NCBI GenBank assembly: GCA_039715015.1
Contig: JBDLIE010000060.1
Location: 1 to 15,222 of the forward strand
Origin: Thermodesulfobacteriota bacterium
GTDB lineage: Bacteria > Desulfobacterota > Desulfobulbia > Desulfobulbales > SURF-16
DNA: 15,222 bases
Reading direction: 5' to 3'
Part shown: one piece after another, positions 1 to 7,505 of the stretch
How positions within the stretch are numbered: position 1 is the stretch's first letter
How the letters are laid out: each line of letters begins with the position of its first letter
Program-made: the position numbers and the translations under genes
Notes under the pieces: generated by a model
Seen by the model: the letters and a program-made list of their open reading frames with translations, nothing else
What the model was told of the DNA's origin: nothing
Database searches by the model: none

Positions 1-4
1 CCCT

Positions 5-1378
5 CTACCTCCCAGCCGCCAACCTAGCCGGATCAAGAAGCTCTTCAAGCTCCTGGCGTGACAAATCCGTATCCTCCAACGCCACCTCAAGAATAGGCCT
101 CTCCTCAGCCATTGCCTTTTTAGCAATTTCTGCTGCCGCCAGATAGCCAATCTTGGCGTTCAGGGCGGTCACCAAAATAGGATTACGGCTAACAAAGGCG
201 CCACACGCCTCCTCGTTCACCGTGAAACCAGCCACCGCCTTATCGGCAAGGTCACTGGCACTGCCACTAAGCAGCTCAATGGCCTGCAGGGTATTATGGG
301 CTGCCACCGGCAGCATAGTGTTGAGCTGGAAAGTGCCGCCCTGGGCGGCCAGGGAAATCACCTGATCATTGCCCATAATCTGGGCGCAGGCCATGAGCAC
401 TGCCTCGGGAATCACCGGATTAACCTTGGCAGGCATAATACTCGAGCCCGGCTGCAGGGCAGGCAGGGCAATCTCGCCAAGGCCGGCACCCGGGCCGGAA
501 TTCATCCAGCGCAGGTCGTTGCTGATCTTAACCAACACCACCGCCGCTGCCCGTAGCTGACCAGAGGCCTCCACCACCGTATCAAGACTACTGAGCCCCT
601 TATAAAAATTAGCCCCCACCGTGCACTCCATACCGCTCATGTCGTTAATACGCGCCACGGCCTTTGATGGAAAGTCAGGATGACAATTGACGCCGCTACC
701 CACGGCCGTACCGCCCAGGGCCAAGCGCTGAAGACGCGGCAGCAGGTCCCTAAATCGTTCCTGGCACTCATCAAGGGAGGCAGCCCAAGCCTCCAGTTCA
801 GCGCTCAACCTTACCGGCAGGGCGTCCATCAGGTGGGTACGGCCCGTCTTGATAACGTGGCCATATTCTGAGGCCCTGGCACGGATGGTCTGGGCCAGAT
901 GTTCCAGGGCGGGAATAACCTTCTCCCTGATGCCGATACTTGCCGAGAGATGCAGGGCTGTGGGGATAACATCATTACTACTTTGGCCAAGGTTCACGTG
1001 GTCATTGGCCGAGAGAGCGACTCCCTGCCGGGCTGCCAGTCCGGTAATGACCTCATTGACATTCATATTGGAGCTGGTGCCGGAGCCAGTCTGAAACACA
1101 GAAACCGGAAACTGCTCTGCATGCCCTCCATCAAGAATTTCCTGAGCTGCAATGGCAATGGCCTCTCCCTGCTCAGGGGGCAGCAATCCAAGGTCAACAT
1201 TTGTTTCGGCTGCTGATTTTTTGATGATGGCCAAGGCTGATATGAATACGCGCGGCATAACAAGATCGGCTATGGTGAAATTATCCACCGCCCGCTGGGT
1301 CTGGGCCCCGTAAAGGGCATTGACCGGCACCTGCACCTCTCCCATGCTATCTTTTTCCGTCCGAAACGCTCTTTCCAT
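5..1378 (-). CDS. fumC: Class II fumarate hydratase (fumarase/aspartase superfamily), 457 aa
   Basis: N-terminal R-T-E-K-D-S-M-G-E-V, TGSGTSSNMNVNE, GRTHLMDA and the signature GSSIMPAKVNP. Start moved from 1414 to the ATG at 1378 because GGAGGAG (1381-1387, minus strand) lies just upstream. Confidence 0.9.
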   Translation of the reverse strand: MERAFRTEKDSMGEVQVPVNALYGAQTQRAVDNFTIADLVMPRVFISALAIIKKSAAETNVDLGLLPPEQGEAIAIAAQEILDGGHAEQFPVSVFQTGSGTSSNMNVNEVITGLAARQGVALSANDHVNLGQSSNDVIPTALHLSASIGIREKVIPALEHLAQTIRARASEYGHVIKTGRTHLMDALPVRLSAELEAWAASLDECQERFRDLLPRLQRLALGGTAVGSGVNCHPDFPSKAVARINDMSGMECTVGANFYKGLSSLDTVVEASGQLRAAAVVLVKISNDLRWMNSGPGAGLGEIALPALQPGSSIMPAKVNPVIPEAVLMACAQIMGNDQVISLAAQGGTFQLNTMLPVAAHNTLQAIELLSGSASDLADKAVAGFTVNEEACGAFVSRNPILVTALNAKIGYLAAAEIAKKAMAEERPILEVALEDTDLSRQELEELLDPARLAAGR

Positions 1379-1546
1379 TACTCCTCCCAGACTCTTTGAG
1401 CCCATATATGACAAGCCCTGTCGAGGTTGTCAAAACAGGCTCTGATCACTGCCGCGTGTTGTTATAAGCTTGTCTCTGAAGTGCTGTAATTACTATTCTC
1501 CCACAAAGAGTTGGCAGCTTACAAAGAAGAAATATAAAAAAACACC

Positions 1547-2146
1547 ATGAAGATTAAGGAAAACATACTCATTATTAGTTTGATTTGGATAGGTTTAATC
1601 GCCCTTTCCTTCTATTGGAACTCTAGCAAGGCCGTTGAAAGCCTCGAAAAAACCGCCTTACTGGGCGCACCTGAAGCGGGGCTATTTTGCCCAAGAAGAT
1701 ACGCAATCACATTATTTCTACATGGCCCCGCTCTCCATTAGCCCCTGCGATACCGACAACCTCAAGGCCTACAATGCCGCCTACGGCCATACCAACGATG
1801 ATCTTTGCCTTAAAAAGGCAAGCCCAAGGCATTGAAAGTTCATTGCAAAGACCCGGAGATTTCTGCGCCCGATACGGAGGAGAAGAGTTTGCGGTCATCT
1901 TAACAAATACCCCTTCTGCAAGACGCCGTGCATGCAGCTAAGAATATCAGAAAGAATGTTGTGGATCTTGCCATTACCCATAAAAACTCCTCACCGCTGC
2001 CACTTGTCAGCCTTAGCCCGGGGGTGGCAACCTCGACAGATACCTCGCCCATCTGCCATGAGGACCTGATCAGGTTCGCAGACAAGGCACTTTACAAGGC
2101 CAAGAGAAAGGGGCAAAATCGGGTTGAAGCCTTTGTGGAAATTTAA
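1547..2146 (+). pseudogene. Decayed membrane-anchored diguanylate cyclase (GGDEF), with an internal deletion and frameshifts
   Basis: An N-terminal TM segment (MKIKENILIISLIWIGLIALSFYWN) is followed by GGDEF-domain pieces in three frames: PLSISPCDTDNLKAYNAAYGHTNDDLCLKK, then AQGIESSLQRPGDFCARYGGEEFAVILTNT (GGEEF at 1876-1890), then ...SLSPGVAT...LIRFADKALYKAKRKGQNRV. Several conserved residues are substituted. Confidence 0.85.
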
Positions 2147-2205
2147 TATCCTACCCTAAACGTTTTATCTGACAGCCAATTCTTTCACCCAAACCCCCTA
2201 TTGCC

Positions 2206-3018
2206 ATGTATGACTGGTTCATAAGCCTTTCCCCCATCTATCAGGCCTTCCTCGGCACCTGCTTTACCTGGTTTCTCACCGCCCTGGGCGCTGCTATAGT
2301 CTTTTTCTTTAAGGAGATTAATCGCAAGGTGCTCGATGGCATGCTCGGATTTGCAGCCGGAGTAATGATTGCCGCCAGCTTCTGGTCACTGCTGGCTCCG
2401 GCCATTAATATGGTTGAGGAGGCAGGGGGAACAATCTGGCTACCGCCCCTGATCGGCTTTTTAAGCGGTGGTGTCTTCCTGTGGATGATTGACAAGCTGC
2501 TACCCCATGTCCATCCCGGATTTCCAGCCAACGAGGCCGAGGGCATCAAGACAAGCTGGCAGCGCAGTGTGCTGCTGGTGCTGGCCATCACTCTCCACAA
2601 TATTCCTGAGGGCCTTGCTGTGGGGGTGGCCTTTGGCGCGGTGGCCTATGACCTGCCCTCGGCAACCCTGGGCGGCGCCCTGGCCCTGGCCCTGGGCATC
2701 GGTATTCAGAATTTTCCGGAAGGAGCTGCGGTCTCTGTGCCCCTGCGCCGGGAAGGATTTTCCCGAACAAAAAGCTTCATGTACGGCCAGCTTTCCGGCA
2801 TCGTGGAACCCGTCGCCGGTGTCCTCGGAGCTCTGGCAGTCCTGATGATGCGGCCGCTGCTGCCCTATGCCCTCTCCTTTGCCGCCGGCGCCATGATCTA
2901 TGTGGTGGCCGAAGAGCTCATCCCTGAATCCCAGGCTGAAAAACATTCCGATGTTGCCACTGTAGGCCTCATGCTCGGCTTTGCCGTGATGATGACTTTG
3001 GATGTGGCGTTGGGGTAG
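2206..3018 (+). CDS. ZIP family (GufA/ZupT-like) divalent metal transporter, 270 aa
   Basis: About 8 TM segments; [56 protein letters not shown]. Confidence 0.92.
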   Translation: MYDWFISLSPIYQAFLGTCFTWFLTALGAAIVFFFKEINRKVLDGMLGFAAGVMIAASFWSLLAPAINMVEEAGGTIWLPPLIGFLSGGVFLWMIDKLLPHVHPGFPANEAEGIKTSWQRSVLLVLAITLHNIPEGLAVGVAFGAVAYDLPSATLGGALALALGIGIQNFPEGAAVSVPLRREGFSRTKSFMYGQLSGIVEPVAGVLGALAVLMMRPLLPYALSFAAGAMIYVVAEELIPESQAEKHSDVATVGLMLGFAVMMTLDVALG

Positions 3019-3025
3019 TTTTTTA

Positions 3026-3091
3026 GGCCACGGAATCCACGGAAGGCTCGGAAAGAAAAAATATTCCCTAAGTTCCGTGGATTCCGTGGCC
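3026..3091. repeat. Perfect 19-bp inverted repeat built from 9-nt subunits (CCACGGAAT-type); probable terminator or small repeat element
   Basis: GGCCACGGAATCCACGGAA (3026-3044) and TTCCGTGGATTCCGTGGCC (3073-3091), with a 28-nt spacer. Confidence 0.85.
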
Positions 3092-3100
3092 ATAAACAAA

Positions 3101-3182
3101 AGTAGGAGCCCACCCCTGTGGGCGATAAAAGAGCGGCATCGTGCAACATGCCAACAATCGCCCACAGGGGTGGGCTCCTACT
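3101..3182. repeat. GTAG-type REP doublet (REPIN-like)
   Basis: Perfect 26-bp inverted arms AGTAGGAGCCCACCCCTGTGGGCGAT (3101-3126) and its reverse complement (3157-3182). Each arm has GTAG followed by an internal hairpin GCCCAC-CCCT-GTGGGC. Confidence 0.8.
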
Positions 3183-3197
3183 AAAGCTCCCTTGTAA

Positions 3198-6100
3198 TCA
3201 CATTTTTACTGCAATCCGTTGCCTCTGTACCAACCGTCTCTCCTCAATCCAACTGTAAAGCACCGGCACCACAAAGACGGTGAGGGTGGCGATGGCCATC
3301 CCGCCAAATGAAGGGATGGCCATGGGCACCATGATGTCGGAGCCACGGCCGGTGGAGGTAAGAATGGGCATCAGGGCCAGGATGGTGGTGGCACTGGTCA
3401 TCAGGGCCGGCCTGATTCGGCGCTCGGCACCGTCAAGGACCATGGTGCGCACCGCCTGGAGATCATTACCCTTAAAGCGGGCCTTTGACTCATCAAGAAA
3501 GGTGGCCATCAACACGCCATCATCGGTGGCAATACCAAATAAGGCCAGAAAGCCAACCCAGATGGCCACCGACAGATTAATGGCCTGGACCTGGAAGAGA
3601 TCGCGCATATTGACGCCAAAGAGGGCAAAGTCGAGGAACCAGGACTGGTTATAGCACCAGATCATCATAAACCCACCGGACCAGGCCACCAGTATGGCGG
3701 AAAAGACCATGAGGGTGGTGGGCAGTGACTTAAACTGCAGGTAGAGAATGACCATGATGACAAGGAGGGCCAGGGGTAAAATAACGCTGAGGCGCTTCTG
3801 GGCCCGGATCTGGTTTTCATAGCTGCCGGCAAAGCTGTAGGACACCCCGGCCGGCATCTCCAAGGCGCCGCTGGCGATCTTTTCCTCCAAATAAACCTTG
3901 GCAGCCTCCACCACATCCACCTCGGCAAAACCCTTCTTCTTATCAAAGAGGACATAGGCGGTGAGAAAGGTGTCCTCGCTCTTGATCATCTGCGGCCCGC
4001 GGCTGTAACGGATATCAGCGAGCTGCACCAAGGGGATCTGCTCACCGCCGGGGGTGGCCACCAGGATCTGCTCCAGGGCCTCCAGGGAATCGCGGAGCTC
4101 GCGAAGATAACGGACCCGAACCGGATAGCGTTCACGGCCCTCCACTGTGGTGGTGATCATTTTGCCGCCCACGGCCACTGAAATCACCTCCTGGACCTGG
4201 GCCAGTTTAATGCCGTAGCGCGAGATGGCCTGGCGATTAATGAAAATCTCCATGTAGGGCTTGCCCACCACCCGGTCTGCCAGCACAGTGAGCGGCGCCA
4301 CTGAAGGCACCTCTTTTAGGAGGCCTTCAATCTCCAGGGCCACCGCTTCAATGGTGGCCAGATCGGGCCCCTTTATCTTGACCCCCATGGGGGCCCGCAT
4401 CCCGGTCTGCAGCATAACAATACGGGTGGCAATGGGCTGCAGCTTGGGGGCCGAGGTCACCCCGGGCATGTCGGCGGCAGCAATAATCTCCTGCCAGATA
4501 TCATCAGCGCTCTTAATGCCTGGCCAGGCCTCCCGATTTGGGTTGATGGCCGGGTCAAGGGCAGGACGCCATATCCGAAAGAGACGACCGCCGGAATCCT
4601 CAATGAGCCTGCCTTGCTCATCTCGAGCAAAACGGCCCTGAACCAGATAGGGCGCGCCATCACCCGCCTTAACCAGCTCACCGTCCGGTGCCCTGAAAAA
4701 ATCCTTTTTGCCTGCCTCAAACTGAAAACGCAGGCGCTGGCCTTGCCCGTCGCGCAGATATTCGGAGTGATAATTGATAATAGTTTCAATCATGGAGAGT
4801 GGCGCTGGATCCAGAGGGGTCTCGGCCCTTCCCAGCTTACCCACCACCGCTTCTACCTCAGGGATGGCAGATATCTGCCTATCCTGCTGAGCCAAAACCT
4901 CCTGGACTTCGCTGATGGCGGCATGGGGCATGGTGGTAGGCATGTAGAGAAAAGAACCCTCATCAAGGGGCGGCATAAATTCACGCCCCAGCCCTGGAAA
5001 ACCGTGGGCCAGCTGCACCATGGGCCTCGTCTTTAAGAGCCAGACAGGCATCCAGGAGGTCAGCCGCGGCGCCCCAAGCCAGACCATCGCTCCCACCAAG
5101 ACAAGGAGCATAGGCAAGGCCAGAAAAATCTTCTTGTGGGCCAGGCACCAGGCCAGCATCCGCCGATACTGGCCCTGGAAGATCTGGACAAAGGCCAGGG
5201 TGACACCGATCATCAGCCCGACAAAAAACAGATTCAGCAGCTCCCCTTTTTCCACCCCAAGAGGTTGCCAAAAATGGGCAAGGATAACGGTGATAACCAA
5301 AACAGCCAGCCAATTCTCCACTCTACCCAGCTGCAATTGCACGGCAGGTGGCAACCATTTAAGGGCAAAACGATAGCCGCCAATGCCGACAAGAATCAGA
5401 CCCAAGGGGCTGACCATCACCACCAAAACTATGCCGGCCACAACCAGGAGAGCCGGCAGAACAAACTGCAAAAATCCGGGCCGGCCATGCTTCTTCATCC
5501 GGGTAAAGAGGAGGTGGGCCAGGGGCGGCAGTACTGTGAGGGCCAGAATGATGGAGGCAATGAGGGCAAAGGTCTTGGTGTAGGCCAACGGCTTGAAAAG
5601 TTTACCCTCAGCAGCCTCCATGGCAAAGACCGGCAGGAAACTGACAATGGTGGTGGCCACAGCAGTGAGTACCGCAGAGCCAACCTCAACGCTGGCCTCG
5701 TAAATGACGGTGAGGGAATGGGCCTCAGGGCCCGATTCTTCCAATTTTTTCAGGATGTTTTCACAGATGATGATGCCCATATCAACAATGGTACCGATGG
5801 CAATGGCAATACCGGAGAGGGCAACAATATTGGCATCCACCCCAAAGATTTTCATGCCGATAAAACTTATCAGCACTGCCAAGGGCAGCATAGAGGAGAC
5901 GAGAAAGGAACTCTTGAAATGCATGAGGCAGATGAGCACCACGATGATGGTGATGAGAATCTCCTCGCCCAGAGCGGTCTTCAGGGTATCAAGGGTTTCA
6001 TGGATCAAACCGGAGCGATCATAAAAGGGAACAATGGTAAGCTTACTCACCGTACCGTCTGCCAGGGTTTTACTGGGCAGTCCCGGGCCGATCTCCTTGA

Positions 6101-7109
6101 TTTTCTCCTTTAGGCGGTCAATGGCGGCCAGGGGGTTATCACCGTAGCGCACCACAGCCACACCACCCACCACCTCAGCACCGCCCTTGTCAAGCACACC
6201 GCGGCGCAGGGCTGGGCCAAGGGAGACCCGGGCCACGTCTCCAACCCGGATGGGCAGGTTTTCGCTGGCCTTGATCACCGCAGATTCAATATCGCTCAGG
6301 TCCTTGACAAAACCAATGCCGCGGATGACGTACTCAACCCGATTAATCTCTATGGTACGCGCCCCGACATCGATATTGGACATCTTGACCGCTTTAAAGA
6401 CCTCTTCCAGGGTGACGTTATGCGACCGCATGGCCGCCGGGTCGACATCAATCTGGTACTCCTTGACAAAACCGCCGATGGAGGCCACTTCAGAGATGCC
6501 TGAGACCCCCATCAAGGCGTAGCGCACATACCAGTCCTGCACCGAGCGCAGCTCATCAAGATCCCAGCCACCGGTGGCCTGGCCCTGTTCATCACGGCCC
6601 TCTATGGTGTACCAAAAAATCTGGCCCAGGCCCGTGGCATCCGGGCCAAGGACTGGCCGGACCTCATCGGGCAAGGTACCTTGGGGCAGGCTGGCCAGCT
6701 TTTCCAAGAGCCGCGTTCGCGACCAGTAAAACTCCACCGAGTCATCAAAAATGACATAAATGGAAGAAAAACCGAACATGGAGTAGGAGCGCACCGTTTT
6801 AACTCCGGGCAGGCCCAGAAGCGCCACGGTGAGCGGGTAGGTGACCTGATCTTCAACATCCTGGGGGGAACGGCCCTGCCATTTAGAAAAGACGATCTGC
6901 TGGTTCTCGCCTATATCTGGAATGGCATCCACCGGCACCGGGTCACGGGGCAGGCCAGCCAGCTGAAAATGAAAAGGGGCCACCATCAGCCCCCACCCAC
7001 AAACAGCCAGCAATACCAGACCTACCACCAACTTATTAATCAGGCAGAATCGAACAATATGGCCCACCAGAGTGGTGGCCTTGGGGAGTTGGTCGTTGTC
7101 TGGGTTCAT
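3198..7109 (-). CDS. cusA: CusA/CzcA-family heavy-metal efflux RND permease, enlarged (about 1303 aa), likely Cu(I)/Ag(I)
   Basis: PVDAIPDIGENQQIV, GRSPQDVEDQVTYPL, LGPDATGLGQ, GIAIAIGTIVD, ERRIRPALMT. Met residues in contexts matching the E. coli CusA Met triad: FLYMPTT, DPAPLSMIET, TRIVMLQTG. Start is ATG 7109 (or TTG 7112). Confidence 0.92.
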   Translation of the reverse strand: MNPDNDQLPKATTLVGHIVRFCLINKLVVGLVLLAVCGWGLMVAPFHFQLAGLPRDPVPVDAIPDIGENQQIVFSKWQGRSPQDVEDQVTYPLTVALLGLPGVKTVRSYSMFGFSSIYVIFDDSVEFYWSRTRLLEKLASLPQGTLPDEVRPVLGPDATGLGQIFWYTIEGRDEQGQATGGWDLDELRSVQDWYVRYALMGVSGISEVASIGGFVKEYQIDVDPAAMRSHNVTLEEVFKAVKMSNIDVGARTIEINRVEYVIRGIGFVKDLSDIESAVIKASENLPIRVGDVARVSLGPALRRGVLDKGGAEVVGGVAVVRYGDNPLAAIDRLKEKIKEIGPGLPSKTLADGTVSKLTIVPFYDRSGLIHETLDTLKTALGEEILITIIVVLICLMHFKSSFLVSSMLPLAVLISFIGMKIFGVDANIVALSGIAIAIGTIVDMGIIICENILKKLEESGPEAHSLTVIYEASVEVGSAVLTAVATTIVSFLPVFAMEAAEGKLFKPLAYTKTFALIASIILALTVLPPLAHLLFTRMKKHGRPGFLQFVLPALLVVAGIVLVVMVSPLGLILVGIGGYRFALKWLPPAVQLQLGRVENWLAVLVITVILAHFWQPLGVEKGELLNLFFVGLMIGVTLAFVQIFQGQYRRMLAWCLAHKKIFLALPMLLVLVGAMVWLGAPRLTSWMPVWLLKTRPMVQLAHGFPGLGREFMPPLDEGSFLYMPTTMPHAAISEVQEVLAQQDRQISAIPEVEAVVGKLGRAETPLDPAPLSMIETIINYHSEYLRDGQGQRLRFQFEAGKKDFFRAPDGELVKAGDGAPYLVQGRFARDEQGRLIEDSGGRLFRIWRPALDPAINPNREAWPGIKSADDIWQEIIAAADMPGVTSAPKLQPIATRIVMLQTGMRAPMGVKIKGPDLATIEAVALEIEGLLKEVPSVAPLTVLADRVVGKPYMEIFINRQAISRYGIKLAQVQEVISVAVGGKMITTTVEGRERYPVRVRYLRELRDSLEALEQILVATPGGEQIPLVQLADIRYSRGPQMIKSEDTFLTAYVLFDKKKGFAEVDVVEAAKVYLEEKIASGALEMPAGVSYSFAGSYENQIRAQKRLSVILPLALLVIMVILYLQFKSLPTTLMVFSAILVAWSGGFMMIWCYNQSWFLDFALFGVNMRDLFQVQAINLSVAIWVGFLALFGIATDDGVLMATFLDESKARFKGNDLQAVRTMVLDGAERRIRPALMTSATTILALMPILTSTGRGSDIMVPMAIPSFGGMAIATLTVFVVPVLYSWIEERRLVQRQRIAVKM

Positions 7110-7181
7110 CAAATGTTATGTTTCCTGAGAGATCATCTGTAATTAACAGCACGAGGCAACTGTTTTGCTGCAGCCAATCTG

Positions 7182-7244
7182 CCCCCCTCACCCTAACCCT
7201 CCGGAGTCTCCCTCCGGTCGCATACCTCCCTCATGGAGAGGGGA
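7182..7244. repeat. CCCTCACCCTAACCCTC...GGAGAGGG-type palindromic repeat interrupted by a CCGGAG/CTCCGG hairpin
   Basis: CCCCCTCACCCTAACCCTC, then a roughly 25-nt insert containing CCGGAG-TCTCC-CTCCGG, then TCCCTCATGGAGAGGGG. A truncated partner-like CCCCCTTGCGGGAGAG lies at 7415-7430. Confidence 0.55.
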
Positions 7245-7431
7245 TACAATGCTCCCGCGCCCTTTGCTTGATGAAAAGCGTCGCGAGCGCCGGAAGGACA
7301 AGGAAAAAATGAGAGAAGAAGCATGCCCTGAAAGAGATAAGCGAAGACTTCGAGTGCCCTTGGGGTGCAGCTCACATGCGCAGGTGAGCATTCTAAATTC
7401 TTTTTTCCTCGGTACCCCCTTGCGGGAGAGT

Positions 7432-7501
7432 AGCGGCGACAACAAAGAGTGCGGCAACAAGGCCTTTAGACGCAGGATTTCCCAGCGCAGTAGCTTTTCA
7501 C
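7432..7501 (-). repeat. Degenerate direct copy of the operon leader and micro-peptide 5' region (11396-11500)
   Basis: 7432-7468 matches 11396-11432 at 35/37 nt. 7469-7501 aligns more loosely (about 24/36 by eye) with 11466-11500. Confidence 0.8.
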
Positions 7502-7505
7502 AAGC

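Noticed and set aside
2701..2724. ZIP TM5 motif QNFPEG rather than HNxPEG
   Set aside because: A common variant in GufA-type ZIP transporters, so not unusual.
2500..3165. 221-aa minus-strand ORF
   Set aside because: Antisense to the ZIP gene, starts inside the REP doublet, and has no recognisable domain.
3026..3182. Possible CRISPR array or IS ends
   Set aside because: The repeats are inverted pairs rather than direct repeats with spacers, and there is no cas or transposase gene in the window.
5136..6113. 325-aa plus-strand ORF
   Set aside because: Antisense shadow of the cusA TM region; its H/Q/D/G-rich composition is typical of reverse-frame artefacts.
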